This document shows positions 1-10,000 of a DNA stretch of 64,000 bases, piece by piece. The position numbers and the translations under genes are program-made. The DNA lies in the NCBI GenBank assembly GCA_964438755.1, contig CAYTLL010000009.1, positions 29,518-93,517 on the forward strand. Reading direction: 5' to 3'. Numbering within the stretch: the first letter of the stretch is position 1; each line of letters opens with the position of its first letter. The stretch comes from an uncultured Akkermansia sp. GTDB lineage: Bacteria; Verrucomicrobiota; Verrucomicrobiia; Opitutales; Opitutaceae. The notes beneath the pieces are model-generated. The model was not told where the DNA came from. It ran no database searches and was given only the letters and a program-made list of their open reading frames with translations.

Positions 1-293
1 TGGAAGACCTGTTGCAGCCCCAGGCCGGCCAGCGCGGCGATGGCGGTCGTGACCAAGGGAAACAGCGCGGAGGCCGAGCCGGGATCGATGATCGCGAAGG
101 CGTGACGGATCAGATGCAGACCGGCCCAAGCGCGCAAAAGATCGATGAAGTTTACCCAGTGCAACCAGCCCAATCGGTGGCGGGATCGATCAGCCAATTC
201 GGGCAGGGAAATCACCCTGAGTTGGCGGCGGCTGAGCAGACCGGCGGGAATGACGAGCAGGCATACCCCTAGGATGTAATATAAGTAATGCAT
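1..293 (-). CDS. Hypothetical membrane protein, N-terminal part (gene runs off the left edge)
   Basis: A reverse-strand ATG at 293-291 opens a frame that stays open to position 1 (MHYLYYILGVCLLVIPAGLLSRRQLRV...AFAIIDPGSASALFPLVTTAIAALAGLGL). It has hydrophobic helix-like stretches and is preceded by an AT-rich promoter-like island. It is missing from the ORF track because it has no stop inside the window. The opposite-strand ORF 12..272 is G/R/Q-rich and looks spurious. Confidence 0.4.
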   Translation of the reverse strand, partial: MHYLYYILGVCLLVIPAGLLSRRQLRVISLPELADRSRHRLGWLHWVNFIDLLRAWAGLHLIRHAFAIIDPGSASALFPLVTTAIAALAGLGLQQVF

Positions 294-572
294 GGTTAAT
301 TTATTATGGAGGGGTAAGTGGATCCATGTGCCACGGGATGCTGATTTGCATTAGTGGGGCATGGCGGGAAGGTGCAAGCAGGTGGCGGGCCGTGTCACGA
401 GTCTTTGCTTAGGGTTTTATACTTAATAGGCCCTAAAGGGCTAAGCCTGTAAAGGCTTGTTGCGGATGCATGGCGATCCTGAAGGCCGCGTCGGCTCGCG
501 GCGTGATCCGTCGGGAATGCGGCCGGTCTCCGCGTCCCCGGCCGTTTAGGCCGTGCGGCGAACGGGCGACGC

Positions 573-1517
573 TTAGCGGGACCGCCCCATGGCGGCTCGC
601 GCGGCCTGATCCATCGCCGCCACGGGCACGGGGCCGCCCGTCCAGAGCTCCAGGGCCCGGGCTCCTTGGTGCACGAGCATCGAGAGGCCGTTCGCGGCCG
701 GAATCCCGCGTCCGCGCGCGACGGCCAAAAGCGCGGTCTCGGCGGGATTGTAGATCATGTCGTAGACCGCCCGCGGGGTGGGGAGGGCGGCGAGATCGAT
801 GGGCAGGGGATCCTCGGCCTTCAGGCCGGCGCTGGTGGCGTTGACCACGAGGGCCGAGGCCGGCAGTTCGGCGGGCGGCCGGGCGGGATCGAAACCCCGC
901 ACGGGAACAGGACCGGCGATCGGCGCGAGCTGGGCGCGCAGGGCGTCGAGGTTCTCCCGGGTGCGGTTGGCGATCCAGAGGGATGCGACCCTGCGTTGCA
1001 GGCATTCCGTGGCGGCGCCGCGCGCCGCGCCGCCGGCGCCGAGGAGCACGACGTGGGCTCCGGAAAGGGGGATGCCCAGATCTTCCTCGAGACCCGCGGC
1101 CAGGCCGTGGCCGTCGGTATTGAAGCCTTCCCAGCCGTCGTCGCGCCGGCGAAGCGTGTTGATCGCGCCGGCGGCGCGCGCGGCGGGGTCGACGGCGACC
1201 ACCCGCGGAGACGAGAGCGCGAGCACCTTGTGCGGAACGGTGAGATTCACCCCGCGGAAATTTTTCTCGTGCAGGAGCTCGAGCGCGCGGGGCAGTTCGT
1301 CGGGCGGGACATCGAAGCGAAAGTAACGCCAGTCGGCGAAGCGTCCCGCGCCCCGCGCCAGCTCGGCGAGCGCGGCGTTGTGCATGGCGGGGCTGATCGA
1401 GTGCTTGATCGGGTGCCCGAGGACGGCGAGTGAAACGCCGGGGCGTGACCAGGTTTCAAGATCGGCGAGCGTGTAGGTGCGGGCGGCGTCGTCCATGCGA
1501 GCCCGGCATGGCGACAA
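573..1517 (-). CDS. aroE: Shikimate 5-dehydrogenase
   Basis: The 314-aa ORF carries AroE hallmarks: LAVLGHPIKHSISPAMHNAA, NLTVPHK, NTDGHG, the NAD(P) loop LLGAGGAARG, and NATSAGL...YDMIYNP. The start could instead be the internal Met (MDDAARTY) at 1496. Confidence 0.9.
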   Translation of the reverse strand: MSPCRARMDDAARTYTLADLETWSRPGVSLAVLGHPIKHSISPAMHNAALAELARGAGRFADWRYFRFDVPPDELPRALELLHEKNFRGVNLTVPHKVLALSSPRVVAVDPAARAAGAINTLRRRDDGWEGFNTDGHGLAAGLEEDLGIPLSGAHVVLLGAGGAARGAATECLQRRVASLWIANRTRENLDALRAQLAPIAGPVPVRGFDPARPPAELPASALVVNATSAGLKAEDPLPIDLAALPTPRAVYDMIYNPAETALLAVARGRGIPAANGLSMLVHQGARALELWTGGPVPVAAMDQAARAAMGRSR

Positions 1518-1602
1518 GAAGCCCGCGAAAGCGCAAACGCTCTCTGCGGGTTTGGGAACGGGCGCGGGTTTCCGTCTCCGCTCTTATCGGGACCGGTGTG
1601 GA

Positions 1603-2610
1603 TCAGGCGGTGTTGCGCTCGTAGCTGGCGTCGAACTCGCCCAGGAAGGCCTCGAACATCCGCACCCGGTGGGTGTGTCCGACCGCGGAGTAGTGGGCGA
1701 CCAGGTTGCGGCAGCAGCGGGCCAGCACTTCGCGCACCGGCGTGGGGGACAGGTCGGCCGGGGTCGGGTCGAAGCCGCGGGCGCGCAGGTAGAGCATCAG
1801 TTCGCCTTGGGTGCGGAAGGCCCCGCGCTCGAAGGCGTCGATGAAGAAGGGCGTTCCCTCGGTGAAGCAGCCCACGAGGAAATGCCCCGGCAGCCCGACC
1901 GGCTCGAGCTCCACGCCGATTCGCCGCGCGACGAGCAGGTAGACCATCGCGAGCGTGATCGGCAGGCCGATGCGGCGCTCGATGACGGAGGGGAGAAAGC
2001 TGTTCAGCGGATCCTCGTAATGGTCCGTGTTCCCGTGGAAGCCGGCCTCGTGAAACAGCACGCGATTGATGACACGACAGCGCTCCCGCACGGTCGCCGG
2101 CTCGGCGATGAGCTCCCGGCAGCGCGCGGCGAGCCGGTCCAGCTCCTCCGCCAACGCGCCGGCGTCCGCCTCCGGCAGCGCGGTCCGGGCCAGCAGGACG
2201 GCTCCCGTCTCCAGCTCGTGGTCGAGTGATCGGATGAAGCCTCGGAAGTCCGAGACCGGGTCGGTGAAGCGAAGTTCGGCAAGCACGCGCCGCGCATGCC
2301 ATCCAAGCACGCGGTCGGAGCCGCCCGCGAGGGAGACCAGGAACTCGCGCGCGGCTTCGGGCCGGGTGCCGAAAAAGCGGACAAGCCCGGCGCGCACGGT
2401 CGGGCTGGCGTCGTCGAGCAGGGCTGAGAAGGCCTCTCGTTCCCTGTGGTTGAAAATCGGGGGTTTCACGATGCCTCGAACATGAAAACTTCCATGCCGC
2501 TCGCAATGGACAAGTGTTTGCGAGAGGGTCGGGATGCTGCGTAGGCAATAGGCGCGAACCCTTTCCCGTTCAACGGGGTCCGGGCCGGCGCCTCCCCAGG
2601 GGACGGCCAC
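1603..2610 (-). CDS. SirB1/transglutaminase-like family protein (UPF0162-like)
   Basis: The 335-aa ORF has a central block GLPITLAMVYLLVARRIGVELEPVGLPGHFLV...FIDAFERG typical of the SirB1 N-terminal transglutaminase-like fold, followed by a helical C-terminus. It lies 33 bp downstream of yggS on the same strand. The exact start is uncertain. Confidence 0.65.
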   Translation of the reverse strand: MAVPWGGAGPDPVERERVRAYCLRSIPTLSQTLVHCERHGSFHVRGIVKPPIFNHREREAFSALLDDASPTVRAGLVRFFGTRPEAAREFLVSLAGGSDRVLGWHARRVLAELRFTDPVSDFRGFIRSLDHELETGAVLLARTALPEADAGALAEELDRLAARCRELIAEPATVRERCRVINRVLFHEAGFHGNTDHYEDPLNSFLPSVIERRIGLPITLAMVYLLVARRIGVELEPVGLPGHFLVGCFTEGTPFFIDAFERGAFRTQGELMLYLRARGFDPTPADLSPTPVREVLARCCRNLVAHYSAVGHTHRVRMFEAFLGEFDASYERNTA

Positions 2611-2643
2611 CCAGTGAACCGGTGCGGAGGGCTTGGCGGACGG

Positions 2644-3375
2644 TCAGCGCGCGCCGTAGAGCGCGGTGCCGACCCGCACGCAGGTGGAGCCCGCGGCGAC
2701 GGCGAGTTCGAGATCGCCGCTCATGCCCATGGACAGTTCGGGCAACGGGCGGCCGAAGCGGGCGGCGAACTCGTCGCGGAGCTCGCGCAAGGCGGCGAAG
2801 GTTCGACGCGCGTGCTCGGCGGTCTCGTCCTCGGTCGCGCCGAGCGGGGCGATGGTCATCAACCCCTCCACGCGAAGGTTGGGCGCGGCGAGGGCGGACT
2901 CGAGGAGTCGGGGCGCGTCCTCCGGCTCGCAGCCGAACTTCGCGGGGTCGCGGCCGGCGTTCACCTGGAGCAGAACGGACAGGGGCCGGCCGGTCTCGCC
3001 CGCCGCGCGGTCGAGCTGGCGGACGAGCTTTTCCGTATCCACGCTTTGGATGCGGTCGAAGGTCTCCGCGGCGAGGCGCGCCTTGTTGCTCTGGAGGTGG
3101 CCGATGAGCTCCCAGCGCGGCGCGGCGACGGCGGTTCCGTGCGCGGCGAGCAGCGCCGCCGTCTCGGGCCGCTTGGCGGCGGCCTCCTGGACGCGGTTTT
3201 CGCCCACCGCGGCGAGGCCGGCGCGCGCGGCGAACGCGGCCGCCTCGGCGGGATGGGTCTTCGTCACGGCCAGCAATCGGACCTCCGCCGCGGGGCGGCC
3301 GGCGGCGGCGCAGGCGGCCGCCAGGCGCGCGTTCACCGCCGAGAGGCGAGCAAGAAATGCGTCATAAGTGACCAT
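2644..3375 (-). CDS. yggS: YggS-family pyridoxal-phosphate-binding (PLP homeostasis) protein
   Basis: Motifs are LLAVTKTHP (PLP lysine), VGENRVQE, WELIGHLQSNK, and LSMGMSGDLELAVAAGSTCVRVGTALYG. I chose the start at MVTYDAF (ATG at 3375). The longer track ORF (to 3456) would overlap the divergent LysR gene. Confidence 0.9.
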   Translation of the reverse strand: MVTYDAFLARLSAVNARLAAACAAAGRPAAEVRLLAVTKTHPAEAAAFAARAGLAAVGENRVQEAAAKRPETAALLAAHGTAVAAPRWELIGHLQSNKARLAAETFDRIQSVDTEKLVRQLDRAAGETGRPLSVLLQVNAGRDPAKFGCEPEDAPRLLESALAAPNLRVEGLMTIAPLGATEDETAEHARRTFAALRELRDEFAARFGRPLPELSMGMSGDLELAVAAGSTCVRVGTALYGAR

Positions 3376-3450
3376 GATGTGAGAGGTTTTCTCGGTTGCC
3401 CGGGGATTAGATGGATTTATGCCTTGGGAAACGTCGCTCCATCGCACCCC

Positions 3451-4347
3451 ATGCAAATCGAGAATTTCAAAATCTTCGCCGATCTAGTCGAGACCAAGAG
3501 CTTTTCGAAGGCGGCCAAAATCAACGGAATCACCCAGTCCGCCGTGAGCCAGCAGGCGCGCGCGATGGAGAAGCATTTTAAAGCGCTGCTTATCGACCGC
3601 AGCCAGAAACAGTTCCAGCTCACGCGCGAAGGCTACCAGGTCTACGAGTCGGCGAAGGAGATCCTGCACACCTACGACAAGCTCGATTCCGACCTGCAGG
3701 AATTGAAGAAGGTGATCAGCGGCACCATCCGCATCTCGACGATCTACTCGATCGGCCTCCACGAGTTGCCGCCCTACATCAAGAAGTTCCTCCACGACTA
3801 TCCTTCGGTGAACGTGCGCGTGGAGTATCGCCGCTCGAATCTAGTCTACGAGGACATCCTGCACAACTCGGTCGACTTCGGCCTCGTCGCCTTCCCGATC
3901 AAGCAACGCCAGATCGAGATCATCCCTTTCCGCAACGACCGCCTCGTGCTCATCACCCCGCCGGGCCATCCGCTGGCGAAGAAGGGCGAGGTCGCGGTCG
4001 CCGAACTCTCGGGACAGAAGTTCATCGGCTTCGATCCCGACATCCCCACGCGCAAGGCCGTCGACCAGATCTTCCGCGAGCACAAGCTCGAGAGCGAACC
4101 GGTCATGGAGTTCGACAACATCGAGACGGTGAAGCGCGCGGTCGAGATCGACCACGGCATCGCGATCGTCCCGCAGGCCACCGTGCAGCAGGAGATCAAG
4201 GCCGGCTCCCTCGCCATGCTCACCCTCAAGGGCAAGGAGTTCACCCGTCCCCTCGCGATCCTTCACCGCAAGGGCCGCGTGCTCACGCCCGCGATGCGCA
4301 AGTTCGTCGACACGCTCGGCCTCGAGCTGGGCGCCGTCTCCTGCTGA
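3451..4347 (+). CDS. LysR-family transcriptional regulator
   Basis: An N-terminal wHTH (MQIENFKIFADLVETKSFSKAAKINGITQSAVSQQARAMEKHF) is followed by a LysR substrate-binding-type C-terminus. The gene is divergent from yggS with a 75-bp gap. The upstream 279 aa of the 577-aa track ORF are G/R/A low-complexity sequence antisense to yggS and were rejected. Confidence 0.9.
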   Translation: MQIENFKIFADLVETKSFSKAAKINGITQSAVSQQARAMEKHFKALLIDRSQKQFQLTREGYQVYESAKEILHTYDKLDSDLQELKKVISGTIRISTIYSIGLHELPPYIKKFLHDYPSVNVRVEYRRSNLVYEDILHNSVDFGLVAFPIKQRQIEIIPFRNDRLVLITPPGHPLAKKGEVAVAELSGQKFIGFDPDIPTRKAVDQIFREHKLESEPVMEFDNIETVKRAVEIDHGIAIVPQATVQQEIKAGSLAMLTLKGKEFTRPLAILHRKGRVLTPAMRKFVDTLGLELGAVSC

Positions 4348-4474
4348 GGCGTCCCCGCCCGTGAAGCCCCGGTAAAACCGCCGGGCTCCGTCCCGGGGAA
4401 TCCCCGGTCCTTCGCCGTCGGCGAGGGAACCGCGTGCGCGGGACGCTTTCATGGTTTTTGCTTCGGCTTAAACC

Positions 4475-5968
4475 ATGCGCGAAACCTTGCTTGCACTGTA
4501 TGTGGCGACCCTGGGCGGACTGATGCTTTTCGCGTTCCATCGCGTGAAGCTGATGTGGCTCTACGCGCGGCATGTCCGTCGCGCCCCCGAGCCTCCGCCG
4601 CTCGCCGGACCGGCGCCGAAGGTCTGCGTCCAGCTTCCGGTCTTCAACGAGCCGCTCGTGATCGAGGCCTTGTTGGACAAGGTCGCCGCCCTCCGCTGGC
4701 CGGCCGGCCGGCTCGAGATCCAGCTGCTCGACGACTCGACCGATTCCACGCCCGAGGTGGCCGCGCGCTGGCTGGCCGCGCACCCCGGCGCCGCGGCGCG
4801 CGTCCGTCACGTTCGCCGCGCCGACCGCCGAGGCTACAAGGCCGGCGCGCTCAGCCATGGCAACACGCTCACCGACGCGGCGTTTTTCGCCATCTTCGAC
4901 GCCGACTTCCTGCCCGAGCCCGATTTTCTCGAAAAACTCATGCCCCACTTCGCCGATCCGCGCGTGGGCGTGGTGCAGGCGCGATGGGAGTTTTCCAACC
5001 GCCGCGCCAGCCTGCTGACGCGTTTCCAGGGCGTGTTTCTCGACGCGCACTTCATCGTCGAGCAGGCGGCCCGCCATGGCGCGGGGCTTTTTTTCAATTT
5101 CAACGGCACCGCCGGCATCTGGCGCCGCGCCGCCCTCGAGGACGCCGGCGGCTGGAGCGACGACACCGTGACCGAGGACCTCGACCTCAGCTACCGCGCC
5201 CAGCTGCGCGGCTGGCGCTTCGTCTACCGGAGCGATTACGCCGTGCCCTCGGAACTTCCGGAGAGCGTCACCGCGTTCAAGAGTCAGCAGCGCCGCTGGA
5301 CGAAGGGCGGCATCCAGGTCGCCCGCAAGCAGCTGGGCGTCATTCTCTCGAGCGACCAGCCCGCGCGGGTGAAGCGCGAGGCGAGCTGGCACCTCCTCGT
5401 CGGCTTCGTGCATCCGCTGCTCGTCGTCTTCAGCTTCCTTTTCGTGCCCTACCTCGCCGTCGTCGGGCCGACGCCGCAGGGCGGGTTCTGGATGTTTTTC
5501 AACCCGGTCAACATGCTCCTGCTGGGCGGCGGCTCCGTCGCCTTCTACGTCACGGGCCAATACTTCCGCCAGCGCGAGTGGCGCGAGGGCCTGCTCTGGC
5601 TGGTGTTCGCGCCTATCGTGATGACCTTCGGGCTGGCGATGAGCGTCACCTGCGCCGGCGCGGTGATCGAGGGACTGCTCACGCGGGGCGGCGAGTTTGT
5701 CCGCACGCCCAAGGGCGGACGGGCGGCCGACGCCCGCGGTCTGCTCAAGCGTTTGCGCAGCCGCACGCTCTTCGCCGGCGTCACGCTCGTGGAACTCTTT
5801 CTCGGCGGACTGCTTCTGTGGGGATCGGTGTATTGGGCGCGTCGTGACGCCGACTACCTCGCCGGGGTCCTCGGCCTGAAGGCCGCCGGGTTTTTTCTCA
5901 TCGCGCTGCTCTCCACGCGGGATCTTCTTCCGCGCCGCTCCGCGTCCGCGCCGGTTTTGCCGGTTTGA
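4475..5968 (+). CDS. Family 2 glycosyltransferase, processive synthase-like integral membrane protein
   Basis: GT2 motifs appear in order: VQLPVFNE, LDDSTD, FDADF, TEDLDLS, QQRRW (QxxRW). There is an N-terminal TM helix and several C-terminal hydrophobic segments. Confidence 0.85.
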   Translation: MRETLLALYVATLGGLMLFAFHRVKLMWLYARHVRRAPEPPPLAGPAPKVCVQLPVFNEPLVIEALLDKVAALRWPAGRLEIQLLDDSTDSTPEVAARWLAAHPGAAARVRHVRRADRRGYKAGALSHGNTLTDAAFFAIFDADFLPEPDFLEKLMPHFADPRVGVVQARWEFSNRRASLLTRFQGVFLDAHFIVEQAARHGAGLFFNFNGTAGIWRRAALEDAGGWSDDTVTEDLDLSYRAQLRGWRFVYRSDYAVPSELPESVTAFKSQQRRWTKGGIQVARKQLGVILSSDQPARVKREASWHLLVGFVHPLLVVFSFLFVPYLAVVGPTPQGGFWMFFNPVNMLLLGGGSVAFYVTGQYFRQREWREGLLWLVFAPIVMTFGLAMSVTCAGAVIEGLLTRGGEFVRTPKGGRAADARGLLKRLRSRTLFAGVTLVELFLGGLLLWGSVYWARRDADYLAGVLGLKAAGFFLIALLSTRDLLPRRSASAPVLPV

Positions 5969-6032
5969 CGTCAGGCGCTTTGAAAAACGGGCCGGCCTCG
6001 TTTTGTTGCAGGGTTGTCGGTGTCTTCCGCGT

Positions 6033-6596
6033 ATGATCTCCATGCAATCCTTCCGCCTCTCGCCCGTCCGTCTCCCCGCCGCCGCCCTGCTCGTCGCCGG
6101 GTTGCTCGGCTTTGCCCCCGGGCTCCTCGCCGACGCCGCGCCCGTCTCCCCGGCCGCCGAAAAGACGGAGCCCGCGCTCCCGGTGCTACGCGCCGCGCCC
6201 GCCTGGAGCTTGGTCGACCTCGACGGCAAGCCCCTCGGCTCCGATGTCCTGAAGGGCAAGGTCGTGGTGGTCGATTTTTGGGCCACCTGGTGCGCCCCTT
6301 GCGTGAAGGAGATCTCCGATTTTGTGGAGTTGCAGAAAAAGTATGCCGACCGGGGCTTGGTGATCGCCGGTCTTTCCCTCGACTCGAAAGGAGAGGAGGC
6401 GGTGCGTCCCTTCGCCCAGCGAATGAAAATCAACTACCCCCTCGCGATCGCCACGCCCGAGGTGGTCTCCGCCTTCGGGGACATCGAGGGGATTCCGACG
6501 AGCTTCCTGATCGATCGCGAGGGCAAGATACGCCACTACAAGCTCGGTCTGATGGAGGCGGCGGACTACGAGAAGCTCGTCGTCTCGCTGCTCTGA
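6033..6596 (+). CDS. TlpA-like thiol:disulfide oxidoreductase (thioredoxin fold), secreted
   Basis: A signal-like N-terminus is followed by VVVVDFWATWCAPCVKEI (CxxC) and a thioredoxin-fold remainder. The start is ambiguous between 6003, 6033 and 6042. Confidence 0.85.
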   Translation: MISMQSFRLSPVRLPAAALLVAGLLGFAPGLLADAAPVSPAAEKTEPALPVLRAAPAWSLVDLDGKPLGSDVLKGKVVVVDFWATWCAPCVKEISDFVELQKKYADRGLVIAGLSLDSKGEEAVRPFAQRMKINYPLAIATPEVVSAFGDIEGIPTSFLIDREGKIRHYKLGLMEAADYEKLVVSLL

Positions 6597-6620
6597 GCCG
6601 CTACCGAAGCCTCGCCAGCC

Positions 6621-6959
6621 GTGAGCGACACCCCGGACTCCGCCGCCTGTTTGCGCTGCGGAGTCTGTTGTTTTTCCCGGCTCGACACCTACGTGCGCGT
6701 GAGCGGCGCCGATTGGGATCGGCTCGGTCCGGACGCGGAGCGCATGGCGCATTTCATCGGCCATCGCGCCTACCTGCGCATGCGCGAGGGGCGTTGCGCC
6801 GCGTTGGAGACGCGTTCGACGGCGGACGGCGCCACCGAGCATTTTTGCACGATCTACGAACGTCGTCCTCAGGTGTGCCGGGACCTCGCCCGCGGCTCGC
6901 CGGAATGCGAGGCCGAGCTCTCGCTCAAAGGTTCCCGTCCCGTCGCCGCGCCCAGCTGA
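6621..6959 (+). CDS. YkgJ-family cysteine-cluster protein (CxxCxxCC)
   Basis: Motifs are CLRCGVCCF (CxxCxxCC) and a distal CTIYERRPQVCRD, with a GTG start. It lies 24 bp downstream of the TlpA-like gene, so the two are probably co-transcribed. Confidence 0.7.
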   Translation: MSDTPDSAACLRCGVCCFSRLDTYVRVSGADWDRLGPDAERMAHFIGHRAYLRMREGRCAALETRSTADGATEHFCTIYERRPQVCRDLARGSPECEAELSLKGSRPVAAPS

Positions 6960-7019
6960 GATAGCTCGCAGGCGGAGACTTTGACTTTCCCGCCCGCGCG
7001 GGGTTTTCGAGAGGGCTGC

Positions 7020-10000
7020 ATGAACACCCCTTCGCCCGCGGCTTTGTCCGGCCTGCGCTCGCTCGCGCCCCGCTTCGACGGCGAGCTGCACTTGGACGAC
7101 ACCGTGCGCGCGATCTACGCGACCGACGCCTCCGAATACCAGGAGATGCCCCTCGCCGTCGCGTTCCCCCGCTCGGAGGCCGCCTTGGGCGAGCTCGTCG
7201 CCTTCGCCTGCCGCGAGCGCGTGCCGCTCATCCCGCGCGCCGCCGGCACCTCGCTCGCCGGCCAGGTCGTGGGCTCTGGCGTCGTCGTCGACCTCGGCCG
7301 CCACCTGAACCGCGTTCTCGCCATCGACCCGACCGCGCGCCGCGTGCGCGTGCAGCCGGGCGTGATCCGCAACGAGCTCAACCTCGCGCTCAAGCCCCAC
7401 GGCCTCTTCTTCGCGCCCGAGACCTCCACCGCCAACCGCGCCATGATCGGCGGCATGGTCGGCAACAATTCCTGCGGTGCCAACTCCATCGTCTACGGCT
7501 CCACCCGCGACCACCTCGTCGTCGCGCGCGGCTTCCTCGGCGACGGTTCGCTCGTGTCCTTCGGTCCGCTCACGCGTGAGGAATTCGCCGCCAAGTGCGC
7601 CGGTCCCGACATGCTTGAAACGCGTCTCTACCGCGAGATCCGCGACCTGCTCGGCTCGGCTGAAAACCGCGCGCTCATCCGCGATAATTTCCCGAAGCCG
7701 ACCGTCACGCGCCGCAACACCGGCTACGCGCTCGATCAGTTGATCGAGTGCGGCGTCTTCGATCCGGCATCGGACAAACCCTTCAACCTTTGCCGCCTGC
7801 TCGCCGGCTCCGAGGGCACGCTTTTCCTCGGCGTCGAGTTCGAGCTCAACGTCGAGCCGCTGCCGCCTCCGGGCGCGCTGCTCTGCGCGCATTTTGCGAG
7901 CGTGCCCGAGTCCCTGCGCGCCGCCGTGATCGCGATGCGCCACCGGCCCTTCGGTTGCGAGCTGATCGACCGCACCATCCTCGAATGCACCAAGGCCAAC
8001 CTCGAGCACGCGAAGAATCGCTTCTTCGTCGAGGGCGATCCCGGCGCCGTGCTCGTGGTCGAGCGCCGCGACGCCGATCCGGCGGAGCGCGACGCCGCGC
8101 TCGCCCGCATCGCCGCCGACTTCCGCGCCGCCGGCCTCGGCTACGCGTTTCCGGTTCTCCACGGCGCCGACTGCGACCGCGTCTGGGAGCTGCGCCGCGC
8201 CGGGCAGGGTCTGGTCAACAACGTCGTCGGCGACGCCAAGCCGCGCGAAATCGTCGAGGACACCGCCGTCGCGATCGAGGACCTGCCGGCCTACATCGAC
8301 GAGTTCGACGCGCTGATGCGCGGCAAATACGGCATCGAGTGCATCTACTACGCCCACGCCGGCGCCGGCGAGTTGCACACGCGTCCGCTCTTCGACCTGA
8401 AGCGCGCCGAGGGCCGGAAGATGTTTCGCGACATCGCCACCGACGTCGCCGCGCTGGTGAAAAAATACCGCGGCTCGCTCTCCGGCGAACACGGTGACGG
8501 CCGCCTGCGCGGCGAGTTCATCCCCTTCATGGTCGGTCCCGAATGCTACGCGATGATGCGCCGCGTGAAGGCGCTCTTCGATCCGCTCGGGATCTTCAAT
8601 CCCGGCAAGATCATCGACACTCCGCCGATGGACAGCTCGCTGCGCCACGCCGCCGTCCATGGTCCGGGACCGGGTGGCGCCGCCACCGTCGCGCACGAAC
8701 CCGCGCACGAGACGGTTTTCAATTTCGACGCCGACCAAGGCGTTCTCCGCGCCGCCGAGAAATGCACCGGGGTGGGGGAGTGCCGGAAAACGCATCTCTC
8801 CGGCGGCACGATGTGCCCGAGCTACATGGCCACCCGCGACGAGAAGGACAGCACCCGCGCCCGGGCCAACCTTCTCCGCCAGGCGCTGAGCCGCACCGGC
8901 GCCGACGCGAAGGCCAACCCGTGGGACGACGAATCGGTCGCCGCCGTGATGGACCTGTGTCTTTCCTGCAAGGCCTGCAAATCCGAGTGCCCCTCGAGCG
9001 TCGACCTCGCGCGCCTCAAGGCCGAGTGGCTCCAGCATTACCACGACGCGCACGGCGTGCCGCTGCGTTCGCGGCTCGTGGCCGGTTTCGCGAAGTCCAT
9101 GCGCCTCGCCGCGCTCGCGCCCTCGCTCTACAACCGCGTCGTCGGCACGCCCGTGTTCGCTCGCGCGATCAAGCGCTTCGCCGGCTTCGCTACCGAGCGC
9201 AGCCTGCCGGCCTTGCACGCGACGACGCTCGCCGCCTGGCATCGCCGTCACGCGAACCCCGCGCATCTCGGCTACCCGAACGGACGCGTGTTTCTCTTCT
9301 GCGACGAGTTCACGAACTACAACGACACGCCCGTCGGCATAAAGGCGGTCGAGCTCCTCAACCGCCTCGGCTACGAGGTCGTGATCCCGGAGCACGTAGA
9401 GAGCGGACGCGCGCATTTGTCCAAGGGCCTCGTGCGCGACGCGAAGGCGTTCGCGATCCGCAACGTCGAGTTGCTCTCGTCCGTGGTGACCGACGCGTCC
9501 CCGCTCATCGGCATCGAGCCCTCCGCGCTGCTCGGTTTCCGCGACGAGTATCCCGACCTCGTGCCCGCCTCGCTGCGTGAACCGGCGCGCGCGTTGGCCA
9601 GGCGCGCGCTCCTGATCGACGAGTTCATCGCCCGCGAGGCCGACGCCGGCCGCATCCGCGCGGATTCCTTCGCGGCGCGCGAGCTCGTGATCAAGCTCCA
9701 CGGCCACTGCCACCAGAAGGCGCTCTCCTCGCTCACTCCGACGGTTAAGATGCTCGAGCTGCCGCGCGGCCACTCCGTGCGCCTGATCCCCTCCGGTTGC
9801 TGCGGCATGGCGGGGTCCTTCGGGTATGAGCGCGAGCACTACGAGGTGTCGCAACGCGTGGGCGAACTCGTGCTCTTTCCGACCGTGCGCGCCACGCCGG
9901 AGGAAGTGGAGATCGTCGCGCCCGGCACCAGTTGCCGTCACCAGATCAAGGACGGCACCGGCCGCGACGCCCGCCATCCGATCGAGATTTTGCATGCCGC

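Noticed and set aside
12-272. 86-aa plus-strand ORF at the left edge
   Set aside because: The peptide is G/R/Q/D-rich and not protein-like. The opposite strand gives a hydrophobic membrane-protein-like N-terminus with an ATG next to an AT-rich promoter-like region.
2614-3450. N-terminal 279-aa extension of the LysR ORF (the 577-aa track ORF)
   Set aside because: The extension is antisense to yggS and is G/R/A-rich. The LysR wHTH begins right at the Met at 3451.
6186-9995. 1269-aa minus-strand ORF covering almost the whole YdiJ-like gene
   Set aside because: The composition is A/G/R/V/D-rich low complexity with no recognisable motif. The plus strand carries clear FAD-binding and Fe-S motifs. 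Long antisense ORFs are expected at this GC content because stop codons are rare.
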